Origin: an uncultured Gammaproteobacteria bacterium
GTDB lineage: Bacteria; Pseudomonadota; Gammaproteobacteria; Xanthomonadales; SZUA-36
Reading direction: 5' to 3'
Length of the DNA: 64,000 bases
Assembly (NCBI GenBank): GCA_963774415.1
Contig: CAVZEU010000005.1
Coordinates: forward strand, 45,742 to 109,741
The first letter of the stretch is position 1. Each line of letters opens with the position of its first letter. The notes beneath the pieces are model-generated. The model did no database searches. It was not told the origin of the DNA and saw only the letters and a program-made list of their open reading frames with translations. Shown in pieces: positions 8,898-18,226 of this stretch. The position numbers and the translations under genes were made by a program.

Positions 8898-8963
8898 CAG
8901 ACGCCTGCGCGAAAGCGGGTGCATGTTACGCCCGTTGCTTTTGCTTCGGCCGGAATCTGCCGG

Positions 8964-9353
8964 TCACCCCAGAATCTGCCAGGAGATGCACAGGATACCA
9001 CCCCAGGCAACGGCAAAGGCTAGTGTCCGCAGCCACGGAATCGCGGCCGTGTAGGCGAGCGCGTGCACCAGGCGACCCCAGAAGTAGGCAGCCGCCGCCG
9101 ATGTCGTCGCCAGGTTGCTGATCCCGAGGGCATTGGCAACCAGAACCACCGCGGCAAACACCACCAGGTTTTCGATCGCGTTGTAGTGGGCCTTCTTGAG
9201 CCGTTGCGCCCATGGCGACAGGCTTAGCGGCGCTTCAGGGTACCCGACCAAATCAGCAATCCTGTTTCTGCCGGCCGCGTTGAGAATATAAGGAATCCAC
9301 ATCAGCGCCGTAAACACGCTGATCATTGCCAGGTATTTGAGTTCAGGTGTCAT
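8964..9353 (-). CDS. MAPEG-family membrane protein
   Basis: 129 aa with four hydrophobic helices. AHYNAIENLVVFAAVVLV and RLVHALAY resemble the MAPEG (glutathione-transferase-like) family. Confidence 0.75.
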   Translation of the reverse strand: MTPELKYLAMISVFTALMWIPYILNAAGRNRIADLVGYPEAPLSLSPWAQRLKKAHYNAIENLVVFAAVVLVANALGISNLATTSAAAAYFWGRLVHALAYTAAIPWLRTLAFAVAWGGILCISWQILG

Positions 9354-9552
9354 CGCTTTTCTCCTTGAATCCCGCTGGGATGCAGTGGAACCTTACCGAA
9401 AAGCTGCCCGGCGGAAAAGCCAGGGAGCGATACGGCGGCACCAAGGCTGGCTGCACGCCGCGGCTTGAGGGCGGGGCTGCCCGCCGCCGCTGCCCATAAG
9501 GCAAGAGGCGAGCACGGCCAGGCATAGCAACCAGACGGTGCGCGATCCGCGT

Positions 9553-12546
9553 TTACCTGGCCTTCTCCAGCCGCGCGGACATCTCGGCCAGCAAGGCCCG
9601 TTGCGCCGCCGTGGGCGCTGCATCGGCGCTTTCCAGGTCCGTTGCCAACGCGGTCAAGGCCTCGGCCACGCTGTCGATCGTTGCCCCGCCGACGGGCACG
9701 TCTTCTTTGCCTGCATCGGCCCCGCCCTGCTTCGCCAGGGCAACGGTCCTTTGCAGCGCCGCCGCCACCTGCCGCTGGAATTTCAGCAACGACGCCAGCT
9801 CATCGCGCGATACCTTCACGCGCGGGTCCATGACCACCTCGAGCGGCTGGCTGCTGCTGATGTCGCCGGCGCTGATCCGCACCGTGTAGTTTCCCGGCAA
9901 CACAAACGCGCCCTGCGGCAGGATTGGCGTCTCCCGCTCCGGCACGGCGGCAATGGAATACGACGACTCGAGTGTCGGCGGCGGTGCATAGCGGAGGTTC
10001 CAGACGAATCGGTGATGCCCCGGACTGGCGGACAACACCTGCGGTCGACCCAGCCAGGTATCGGCGAAGTAAACTCGCGCCTTGGCCCGCACCGGGGGGT
10101 TGCCGCTTTCGTAACGGCGCACCAAGCTGCCGTCGGCGGCCAGGATGTCCAGTTGCAAGACGCCGCTGTATCCCGCCGGCAGAATGTAATCGAGCACCGC
10201 CCCCGCCGGCGGGTTGTCACCGGTGGGCTCCTCCGGCGGTAGCGGTGTGTCCTTGTTCTGGTTGAAGCGCAGGCGGTAAGCCGTGGCCGGCGCCAGCAGC
10301 CGTGCACTTCCCCCGGGATTACCCATAGCGGCCTGCCGCAAGGGTGCGACGTCGTCCAGGATCCACAGCGCCCTTCCCTGGGTTGCGATCACGAGGTCAT
10401 CCTCGTGCACCAGCAGGTCATTGATCCCGGTCGTGGGCAGGTTCAGTTGCAGGCTTTGCCAATGCTCACCGTCGTCCACGGAAAAATAGGCGCCGCGGCT
10501 GGTGCCGGCGTACAGCAGCCCAGTCCGCGCCGGGTCCTCGCGCACGACGTTGACATACTCGCCGGCGGGCAGACCGTGGCCGATTTCGCGCCAGTTGGCA
10601 CCTGCGTCGTGCGTTACGTAGGCGCGCGGGTCGAAGTCGTTCAGGCGGTGTCGGTCAACGGCAAGATACGCGGTTTTCGGATCACGCGCCGAGGCGTCGA
10701 TCAGGTTGATCTTGCTCCAGTCCTCCAGCCCTGCAGGCGTGACGTCGCGCCAGTGTTCGCCGCCGTCATCGGTCACGTGAACCCGGCCGTTGTCACTGCC
10801 GACCCATACGAGCCCGTCACGCAGCGGTGACGGCGCGATAGCGAACAAAGTGCCAAACCCGCAATTGCTGGCCTCTTTCACAGGCACATCACCATCGCAG
10901 CCCTCGGCGCCGGCCCTGGCGCCGGTCAGGTCGGGGCTGATGACCCGCCAGTCCTGGCCGCCGTCGAGTGACCTGAAAACGACCTGTGCAGCGGTGTATA
11001 TTGCATAGGGCGGCACCGCCGCGATGGCCAGCGGGGTAATCCAGTCGTAGCGGTACTTGACGGTCCTGGGGTCTTGCGCGTAACTCGATAGCGGATACGG
11101 GGACACGTTCTGCACCTGGCCGGTGCGCGCGTCCCACTTCGAAATGCGGCCGCCCAGGCCGGCGCCATAGACGATTTCCGGGTCCAGCGGGTCGGGAACG
11201 TCGCCATCGCGTTCGTCACCGCCCACGGGATGCCAGTCACGGAAACTGATACGCCCGTAATCACTGCGGCTGGCGATCGCGACCGTGCCGCTGTCCTGCT
11301 GGCCGCTGTAAACGTGGTACGGAAAGCCGTTATCGACCGCCAGGCGATAGAACTGCCCGGTGGGCTGGTTGTACCAACTGCTCCAGCTGCGGCCGCCGTT
11401 GAAAGTCACCACCGCACCCTGGTCGGCGCCGGTAATCATCCGCCCGGTGTCGCGCGGATCGATCCACAGCGCATGGTAGTCGTCGCCGCCGGGAGAACTG
11501 CGCACGATGGTAAAAGACGCGCCGCCATCGGTGGAACGCCTGAGCGGCTGCCCGCCGGCCCAGACGGTTTCGGGGTCCTGCGGGTCGGCGCACAGCCAGC
11601 CCATGTAGTCGGACGCCAGGCTGGCGTCTGGGTTGACCAGCGACCAGTGCCCACCGCCGTCATCGCTGCGGTACAGCCCGCCGCCGTCAGCGGTTTCCAC
11701 CGAGGCCCAGACCCTTTCGGCTCCGCGCCCGGGGGCCACCGCGAGTTCGATCCGCCCCAGCGGTGCCGCCGGCAGACCCGCGCCGCCGACTTTGGCCCAG
11801 CTGCGGCCGCCGTCGGTGGACTTGTAGATGCCGCTGTTACCCCCCACGGAGGGCTGAAAGTAATCCAGCCAGGGATGGCGCTGCAGCTGCCAGAGGGAGG
11901 CATACAGGACGTCCGGCTCGTCCCGGCTGTACGCCAGGTCGGCCGCACCGGTGGTGGCGTCCACGTACAGCACCCGGGTCCAGTGACCGCCGCCGTCCTC
12001 GGTACGATACAGCCCACGCTGCCCGCCGGGACCGAAGACCGGCCCCAGCGCAGCCACCACGGCAATATCGGCGTCATGCGGGTCGACCCACAAGCCGCCG
12101 ATGTGGCGGCTTTTCGCCAGCCCCACCCGTTGCCAGTGTTTGCCGCCATCGACCGAGCGGTAGACGCCGTCACCGTCGACGACGTCCCAGCGTTGCTGTA
12201 TCTGGCCGGTACCGGCCCAGATCACGTCGGGGTTGCCCGGCGCCAGCTGCAGGGCTCCGATGGAAGCGCTGCCCTCGTGCTCGAACATCGGTTTCCAGGT
12301 GACACCGGCGTCGTCGGTTCTCCAGATACCGCCGTCCGCGGAACCGAAATAGAATGTCGCCGCATTGTCGGGATGCCCGGCAACGGCCGTCGCCCAGCCG
12401 CCGCGATACGGCCCGAGGAGGCGCCAATGAAGGTCGGAGTAAGCGGCAGCGGGTACTTGCGCCCCGGCCTTGGCGGCAAGCAACAAGGCGAAAAGGCCCA
12501 CCCCCAGATTCCACAAGGTTCTTTTGCTCGTTCTGATGGTGTTCAA
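9553..12546 (-). CDS. Secreted BNR/sortilin(VPS10)-type beta-propeller glycosyl-hydrolase-like protein
   Basis: 997 aa. Signal peptide LFALLLAAKAGAQ. Many S/T-x-D-x-G-x-T/S-W (BNR/Asp-box) motifs: TDDAGVTWK, SVDGGKHWQ, TEDGGGHWT, STDGGRSWA, SDDGGGHWS, STDGGASF, SLDGGQDWR, TDDGGEHWR, THDAGANWR, VDDGEHWQ. Confidence 0.85.
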   Translation of the reverse strand: MNTIRTSKRTLWNLGVGLFALLLAAKAGAQVPAAAYSDLHWRLLGPYRGGWATAVAGHPDNAATFYFGSADGGIWRTDDAGVTWKPMFEHEGSASIGALQLAPGNPDVIWAGTGQIQQRWDVVDGDGVYRSVDGGKHWQRVGLAKSRHIGGLWVDPHDADIAVVAALGPVFGPGGQRGLYRTEDGGGHWTRVLYVDATTGAADLAYSRDEPDVLYASLWQLQRHPWLDYFQPSVGGNSGIYKSTDGGRSWAKVGGAGLPAAPLGRIELAVAPGRGAERVWASVETADGGGLYRSDDGGGHWSLVNPDASLASDYMGWLCADPQDPETVWAGGQPLRRSTDGGASFTIVRSSPGGDDYHALWIDPRDTGRMITGADQGAVVTFNGGRSWSSWYNQPTGQFYRLAVDNGFPYHVYSGQQDSGTVAIASRSDYGRISFRDWHPVGGDERDGDVPDPLDPEIVYGAGLGGRISKWDARTGQVQNVSPYPLSSYAQDPRTVKYRYDWITPLAIAAVPPYAIYTAAQVVFRSLDGGQDWRVISPDLTGARAGAEGCDGDVPVKEASNCGFGTLFAIAPSPLRDGLVWVGSDNGRVHVTDDGGEHWRDVTPAGLEDWSKINLIDASARDPKTAYLAVDRHRLNDFDPRAYVTHDAGANWREIGHGLPAGEYVNVVREDPARTGLLYAGTSRGAYFSVDDGEHWQSLQLNLPTTGINDLLVHEDDLVIATQGRALWILDDVAPLRQAAMGNPGGSARLLAPATAYRLRFNQNKDTPLPPEEPTGDNPPAGAVLDYILPAGYSGVLQLDILAADGSLVRRYESGNPPVRAKARVYFADTWLGRPQVLSASPGHHRFVWNLRYAPPPTLESSYSIAAVPERETPILPQGAFVLPGNYTVRISAGDISSSQPLEVVMDPRVKVSRDELASLLKFQRQVAAALQRTVALAKQGGADAGKEDVPVGGATIDSVAEALTALATDLESADAAPTAAQRALLAEMSARLEKAR

Positions 12547-12634
12547 GTTGATATCCTGGTGTACGGCGAAAAGGCTTTAGTTTAGCCGATACCGGTGTCT
12601 ACGGTCGTCATTGCGGGCAAATAAACTGCGGCAG

Positions 12635-12675
12635 AAACAAAAACCCGGCCAATAGGCGGACGCTTACTGACCGGG
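12635..12675 (-). terminator. Candidate rho-independent terminator of the 63-aa secreted-protein gene
   Basis: Minus strand: CCCGGTCA-(16-nt loop)-TGGCCGGG, then TTTTTGTTT. Starts about 20 nt after the stop at 12696. Confidence 0.55.
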
Positions 12676-12695
12676 CAGTTGGGAAGGAACGTCAA

Positions 12696-12887
12696 TCAGT
12701 CTACTGTGTCACCTTGGGTGTCGTCTGCTCTGTGATCGAAACTCCGCGTATCATCCGCGGCCCACAAACCGGTAGCGTCCTTGACGACGATAAACGAGCC
12801 GCTCATCCGGGCAATGTCCTTCGCATCGGGCTGAGGCGCCGTTGCCAGGAAGATTGCGATACTCAGGAGAACTGTCGATTTCAGCAT
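12696..12887 (-). CDS. Hypothetical small secreted protein
   Basis: 63 aa. Clear signal peptide (MLKSTVLLSIAIFLATA), AGGGA-type RBS and its own terminator-like hairpin. No family recognised. Confidence 0.5.
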   Translation of the reverse strand: MLKSTVLLSIAIFLATAPQPDAKDIARMSGSFIVVKDATGLWAADDTRSFDHRADDTQGDTVD

Positions 12888-13019
12888 GGTGCTATCCCTG
12901 TGTGCCCGGCCGGAATGACCCTAGCGCCTTCCGGCCGCACCAACTCATGCAAAGTATCGCCCGACGGCTACCCGGGTACTACTGTAGAAATTGACAGTCT
13001 TGAATGGAAAGTCTACCGG

Positions 13020-13604
13020 TTAGACGGTGCCCGGCCGACGCAGCCGTGACGTCGCCAACACCGAATAAGTACTGCCGGAACGGTCAAGTTTGCTCCGGTA
13101 AAGCACGACTCGGTCGACCTCCAGGGAAATGTCGGCGGCCACATCAATCGCGGCACGACCCGGCCTTGGCTGAGGCGTCCGCGCCAGCGTGATGTGGCTG
13201 CGAAATGGTTTCTGATCATGTGAGATTCGCTCGCGCTGCAAGAACCCGAGTGTGGTTGCGACGAGGTCGTTCATCGGCAGCGTCAGCTTCCCGGTCAGCG
13301 CGATGAGCCTGGCCGCCGGGTGCGGAAATCGTTGCAGCGACGTAAACCGGTACTGAAACGCCTTCATGCATTCGTACACGGCCGGGAACCTCCTCGCGAG
13401 TCCCGCGCCGCGGGCTGCCGGCAACTCGCCGATGAAAGCCAGCGTCAGATGGCGCTTTTCTTCCGGTATCCAGCGCCAGGCGCGCGTGCCCGACACCGCG
13501 TTGCAAAGCAGATCATGGATCTGCCGTTGACAACGACCGCCAACGGGAACACCGATAAAAACCCTCAACGGCCGCCCACCCTGCTGCAAAGCCCGAGTCC
13601 GCAT
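13020..13604 (-). CDS. thpR: RNA 2',3'-cyclic phosphodiesterase (2H phosphoesterase, ThpR/LigT)
   Basis: 194 aa with the two H-x-T-x motifs of the 2H superfamily (HLTLAFIG and HITLAR) at the expected spacing. Confidence 0.85.
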   Translation of the reverse strand: MRTRALQQGGRPLRVFIGVPVGGRCQRQIHDLLCNAVSGTRAWRWIPEEKRHLTLAFIGELPAARGAGLARRFPAVYECMKAFQYRFTSLQRFPHPAARLIALTGKLTLPMNDLVATTLGFLQRERISHDQKPFRSHITLARTPQPRPGRAAIDVAADISLEVDRVVLYRSKLDRSGSTYSVLATSRLRRPGTV

Positions 13605-13659
13605 CCCGAAACCAGGTGCCCGGGCCCGGCCGGGCCGCGCTTCCCGTTTTCGGATTTCA

Positions 13660-13869
13660 TCACCTTTTCCGCTGCGCCCCGCGCACGGCCCAGGCGATGA
13701 GCGGCACCATCAGCAATACACCGGTCACGATCAGAACCGGCGCGACCTTTATCAACACCGGATAGCCGAAGTCGATACCGGTCAGGGCCATGATTCCCAC
13801 CGCCAGCAACGCAGCGCCCAACAGGTCATACAACAAAAACGCCCAGGGCAGGGCGCGCGTTTTCCCCAT
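13660..13869 (-). CDS. Small two-helix membrane protein (hypothetical)
   Basis: The ORF-track start (13938) lies inside the aminotransferase gene. ATG at 13869 has a GGAGG RBS placed right after the aminotransferase stop. 69 aa with two hydrophobic helices and a basic tail (RGAQRKR). Confidence 0.65.
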   Translation of the reverse strand: MGKTRALPWAFLLYDLLGAALLAVGIMALTGIDFGYPVLIKVAPVLIVTGVLLMVPLIAWAVRGAQRKR

Positions 13870-13882
13870 GTTTATCAACCTC

Positions 13883-15034
13883 CTAGATCCGCACCAGGCG
13901 TGCGGTCGCCTGGCGCAAAGTCGCTTCCCGCTTGGCAAAACATATCCGGAGCAGCCGCTGTTCGGGCGGTGTTTCGTAAAAGACCGATACCGGGATGACG
14001 GCCACGCCGTGCTCGGTGGTCAGGCGCCTGGCAAAGGCAGTATCGGCCTCGTCGCTTATTTCACTATAGTCCAGCAACTGGAAAAATGTGCCTGCGGCCG
14101 GTGTGAACTTGAAACGGGATGGCCGCATCAACTCACAAAACAGGTCGCGTTTGTGCTGGTAGAAGTCCGCCAGCGACAAATGGTGTTGCGGGCAATCACG
14201 CAAAAAGTCGGCCAATGCGTATTGCATGGGTGTATTGGTGCTGAAGTTGATGAATTGATGGATATGGAGAAACTCCTTCATCAATCCCTGCGGCGCCACG
14301 CAGTAACCGATGCGCCAGCCGGTGGCATGGTAAGTCTTGCCAAAGGAGAAAACGGCGAACGCGCGCTGCGCCAGGTCGGGGTAGCGCAACAGGCTGAGAT
14401 GTTGCCGGCCGTCGAAAACGATGTGTTCGTAGACTTCGTCGGAGAGCAGGAAGATACCGGTTCCGTCGACGATGTCGCGCAATGCCGCGATATCTCTCTC
14501 CCGCCAGTTGCTGCCGGTCGGATTGTGCGGCATGTTCAGTATGATCAGCCGGGTGTTCTGGTTGATACTGTCCGCAACCTGCTGCCAATCGATGTGAAAG
14601 TCGGGGCGGCAAAGCCGGATATGCCGGGTGATGCCGCCATTGAGTGTCACCGCCGGCGCGTAGGTGTCGTAGGCGGGGTCGAACACGATGACCTCGTCGC
14701 CCGGGCGGACCACGGCCGTGACCGCGCAGTAGAGGGCCTCCGTCGCGCCCGGCGTTACGGTCACTTCGTGATCGGGATCGACACGACACGCGTAAAGCGC
14801 GTGGACTTTTTCGGCGATCTGTTCGCACAGTTCCGGGACACCGTGCAAAGGCGCGTACTGATTGTGGCCGTGGCGGAGGTGGTAGGTGACCCTGTCCCGC
14901 AGCGCCGGCGGACCGTCAAAATCCGGGAAACCCTGTGACAGGTTGATCGCCCGGTGTTGCTGGGCCAGGCGCGACATGACGGTAAAAATAGTGGTGCCGG
15001 TGCCGGGCAGTTTGCCGGGAATGCGCCTATTCAT
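13883..15034 (-). CDS. ybdL: Class I/II PLP aminotransferase, methionine aminotransferase YbdL-like
   Basis: Close by-eye match to E. coli YbdL along its length ([60 protein letters not shown]). ATG at 15034 gives [10 protein letters not shown].. and an 8-nt overlap (ATGAATAG) with the kinase stop. The ORF track uses TTG at 15040. Confidence 0.9.
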   Translation of the reverse strand: MNRRIPGKLPGTGTTIFTVMSRLAQQHRAINLSQGFPDFDGPPALRDRVTYHLRHGHNQYAPLHGVPELCEQIAEKVHALYACRVDPDHEVTVTPGATEALYCAVTAVVRPGDEVIVFDPAYDTYAPAVTLNGGITRHIRLCRPDFHIDWQQVADSINQNTRLIILNMPHNPTGSNWRERDIAALRDIVDGTGIFLLSDEVYEHIVFDGRQHLSLLRYPDLAQRAFAVFSFGKTYHATGWRIGYCVAPQGLMKEFLHIHQFINFSTNTPMQYALADFLRDCPQHHLSLADFYQHKRDLFCELMRPSRFKFTPAAGTFFQLLDYSEISDEADTAFARRLTTEHGVAVIPVSVFYETPPEQRLLRICFAKREATLRQATARLVRI

Positions 15035-17954
15035 ATTCAATGGGCTTCTGCAACCACTTCAAAAGCGCCGCGAACAGGTTTTCCGGATTGACCGGCTTGG
15101 CGACAAAGTCATTCATGCCGGCCTCTTCGCAGGCGACGCGGTCATCCTCGAAGACATTCGCCGTCATCGCCAGTATGGGCAGGGTCGAAGCATGCCCATT
15201 GCCGAGCGTGCGGATGATCCGGGTGGCTTCCAGGCCGTCCATGTTGGGCATCTGCACATCCATCAGCACCAGGTGGTAAGGGTTTTCCCTGACCTTATGC
15301 ACGGCCTGTTCACCATCTTCGACCGTATCCACGGACAAATCCGCTCGTTCGAGCAGGGCTTTTGCCACTTCAAGATTGATCGCGTTGTCTTCCGCCAACA
15401 GGATACGCGCTCCGTTATGCCGGCTGCGCAATTGTTCTTCGGCATTCCCATTGTCGACCTTCGTCCTTGCCCGTGCCGTCTTCTGTCCGCGGCCCAGCGT
15501 CACCGTGAACCAGAATGTGCTGCCCTTTCCCGGTCGGCTGCGGGCACCGGTCTCGCCGCCCATCAGCCGCACCAGCCGCCGGGTGAGGACGAGACCGAGG
15601 CCGGTGCCGCCGTGCTTGCGCGTGGTCGACGCGTCCACTTGCTGGAACGGTTCGAACAGCCCGGCCAGCTGGCTGGTTTCGATCCCGATCCCGGTGTCGC
15701 TGACCTCGAAGCGCAGACGCAGATCGTCGGCGCCCTCGGCCTCCTTGATCGCACGCAGGGTGATGACGCCCTTGTCCGTAAACTTGACCGCATTGCTTAC
15801 GTAATTGAACAGGGCCTGGCGCAGGCGCGTGGCATCGCCTTTGAGCCAGGGCGAAAAGTCGTACGCCTCGACATCCATCCGCAAACCCTTTTCCTCGAGT
15901 TGGTCACTGAACATTGAACGGGCCTGACCGAACAGCTCGTCGAGATTGAAGTCGACCACTTCGAGCGCGACCTTACCCGCCTCGATCTTGGAAAGGTCCA
16001 GAATATCGTTGATGATGGACAAAAGGTGCGACGCCGCGACATTGATCTTGCTCAGCCGGTCGGCCTGTGCCGGCGTTGTCTGTTCCTGTTGCAGCAAATG
16101 GGTCAGACCAACGATGGCATTCATCGGTGTGCGTATTTCGTGGCTCATGTTCGCCAAAAACGCACTCTTGGCGAGATTGGCGGCCTTCGCTTTTTCCGTC
16201 GCCTCGGCCAATTGCTCCGTGCGCGCACGGACCAGTTGCTCGAGGTTCTCGCGGTGCGCCTGCAATTCCGCGTCGAGCTGCTTCTTCTCGGTGACATCGA
16301 CGTAGGATATGACCGCGGTCTTGCCTTCACCGACGTCCAGCATCGCCGCGTTGGCGATCAGGTTTCTTTCGTCGCCGTCCCTGGAATAGACGTCGAACGG
16401 GTAATCCCTGAGGAAGCCCTCCCTGATCAACTGCTGCACCGACTCGGACTGTGCACCCAAATCGACCCATTTGTTATCCGTAAAAATACTGACATTCAGT
16501 TCCTCGATGCTTTCGACCTCGTAAAGTTCAAGGCATTTCTGGTTGATTTCCAGGCGTTCACCGGTTTCCAGGTTCAGTATCTGCATGGCAGTGGGGTGCG
16601 TATGGAACGCCTTGGAAAACTTCTCCTGGCTTTCTCTCAGCTTTCTTTCCGCCTGCCTTTCCTCGGTGATTTTCTGGGTCACACCCATGACCCTCGCCAC
16701 CGCGCCATCGGCATCGGGGATCGGCACGAAATTCGAAGCGAATATCTCGTCTGCTGTGGTGCCATGGCCGGAAAACTCGAATTCCGAACCGCGGCCGGCA
16801 AACGCATCGCGAAGCAATGCACCGATTCGCTCCCGGTCCTTCGAATCCACCATGTCGAGGTAGGGTGTGCCGAGAACAGCGCGCTCGTCGCTCACGCCTA
16901 TCATATCGAGGCCGCTGGCGTTGATGGCGACGACATCGCCGGATGAATCCACCTCGTGGATGCACACTGGTGCGTGGTCCAGCAGCGTGCGGTAACGCGA
17001 TTCGCTCAACTGGATTCTCGCCAGTGAATGGCCATAGGCCCTGGCGAACACGAGCAGGAAAACCGGGACCAGGACCAGCAGCGTGATCGCGAGGCTTATG
17101 ACCAGCGGCAGGTGCTCGGCCAGTACTTCCCGCATAATGACCGACTCGGGCACACGTATCGAGATCGCCGCCCCGAGCGATGCGCTGTAGGCAAAAACCG
17201 CGGCCTGGCGCTCGCCTGAATTGGGCGCGATCCAGCCGCTCCAGTCAGATTGGGATGCGAGCACTTGGGCCAACGTCGTCGCGCGCTGCGGCCGCCCTGC
17301 CGCACCGGCCTCGTCCCGGTACTCGCCATACAGTGAAACACCGGCGGTTGGCCGCGCGGAGGCGGCGCGCGCGTCGACTAACAGCAACCGGCTGTTTTCG
17401 AATTCGTGTTGCAGCCCGGCCCAGGTGACATCGATCAGGCGCATGCGTTCCGCGCGGCTGACCGACGCTGGCTGCTGATCGGCAAGCGCGGCCAACGATT
17501 GCGCCAGGCCCAGGTTTTCCTGGACCACGTCCTTGAACTTCAGTGCCTTTTCCTGCTTGTAGCTGTAATAAACCGTGACCGACGTCAGCGATACCATCAA
17601 CGCCATAAGCAAGATCGCGCCGAGGTTGAACGTGGACGTTTTCTGCCGCAGCCGGGGTTCCACACCATCGGCAACGTCGCTGCCATGCGAACGCTTTGAG
17701 CGCCACAGCCTGGCCAGGCCGACCAACAAAAGGGTGGAAATCAAAAGCGCGGTTACTTCGACCGCGAGATCGACCTGTCTGACCCCGACGGCAGCCTCGT
17801 AAAAGCTGATTGCACGGCGCAGGCTCATCAACAGGACCGCGATGCTCACGGCTATCCACGAGAGGCGCTCCGCTTTCCAGGAGATGAGCAGGGCGAAAAC
17901 CGTGGCTGCCAATTGGGCCGCAAGCGACGCGGCGAGCACGTAGACACCCATCAA
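15027..17954 (-). CDS. Hybrid sensor histidine kinase/response regulator (TM sensor, PAS x2, HisKA, HATPase, REC)
   Basis: 975 aa. N-terminal TM helices and a periplasmic-type loop, then PAS regions. H-box ([18 protein letters not shown]), HATPase G-boxes (DTGIGI, GGTGLGL) and a C-terminal receiver ([13 protein letters not shown].. [13 protein letters not shown]). Confidence 0.9.
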   Translation of the reverse strand: MMGVYVLAASLAAQLAATVFALLISWKAERLSWIAVSIAVLLMSLRRAISFYEAAVGVRQVDLAVEVTALLISTLLLVGLARLWRSKRSHGSDVADGVEPRLRQKTSTFNLGAILLMALMVSLTSVTVYYSYKQEKALKFKDVVQENLGLAQSLAALADQQPASVSRAERMRLIDVTWAGLQHEFENSRLLLVDARAASARPTAGVSLYGEYRDEAGAAGRPQRATTLAQVLASQSDWSGWIAPNSGERQAAVFAYSASLGAAISIRVPESVIMREVLAEHLPLVISLAITLLVLVPVFLLVFARAYGHSLARIQLSESRYRTLLDHAPVCIHEVDSSGDVVAINASGLDMIGVSDERAVLGTPYLDMVDSKDRERIGALLRDAFAGRGSEFEFSGHGTTADEIFASNFVPIPDADGAVARVMGVTQKITEERQAERKLRESQEKFSKAFHTHPTAMQILNLETGERLEINQKCLELYEVESIEELNVSIFTDNKWVDLGAQSESVQQLIREGFLRDYPFDVYSRDGDERNLIANAAMLDVGEGKTAVISYVDVTEKKQLDAELQAHRENLEQLVRARTEQLAEATEKAKAANLAKSAFLANMSHEIRTPMNAIVGLTHLLQQEQTTPAQADRLSKINVAASHLLSIINDILDLSKIEAGKVALEVVDFNLDELFGQARSMFSDQLEEKGLRMDVEAYDFSPWLKGDATRLRQALFNYVSNAVKFTDKGVITLRAIKEAEGADDLRLRFEVSDTGIGIETSQLAGLFEPFQQVDASTTRKHGGTGLGLVLTRRLVRLMGGETGARSRPGKGSTFWFTVTLGRGQKTARARTKVDNGNAEEQLRSRHNGARILLAEDNAINLEVAKALLERADLSVDTVEDGEQAVHKVRENPYHLVLMDVQMPNMDGLEATRIIRTLGNGHASTLPILAMTANVFEDDRVACEEAGMNDFVAKPVNPENLFAALLKWLQKPIEYE

Positions 17955-18226
17955 CCACTCACCCGTCTTGCAAAGGTAGGTTTACACGCGCAACCAGCGC
18001 TGGAAAATGTCATAGATCTGTTTTCAATGCACCGCAGACCGCTATGTCCTGCCTGACATGCCGTCTGCATCCGGGTGATCAATTACACCCAAACAGCCCG
18101 CTCACGCGCTGGGTTCAGCGTTGTTCCCTGTGGACCCCCAATGGATAGAGTAAATTAAAAGCTGTTGCCTTGAAACTGTTAATAATTACGGGAATTCCTG
18201 GTGGTGCTTCCACGATCGCCTGGCGC

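Noticed and set aside
18186-18200. GGAATTCC palindrome and AT-rich stretch after the module-1 RND gene, as a terminator.
   Set aside because: The palindrome has no loop and cannot form a useful hairpin, and no T-run follows a stem. No convincing terminator was found for module 1.
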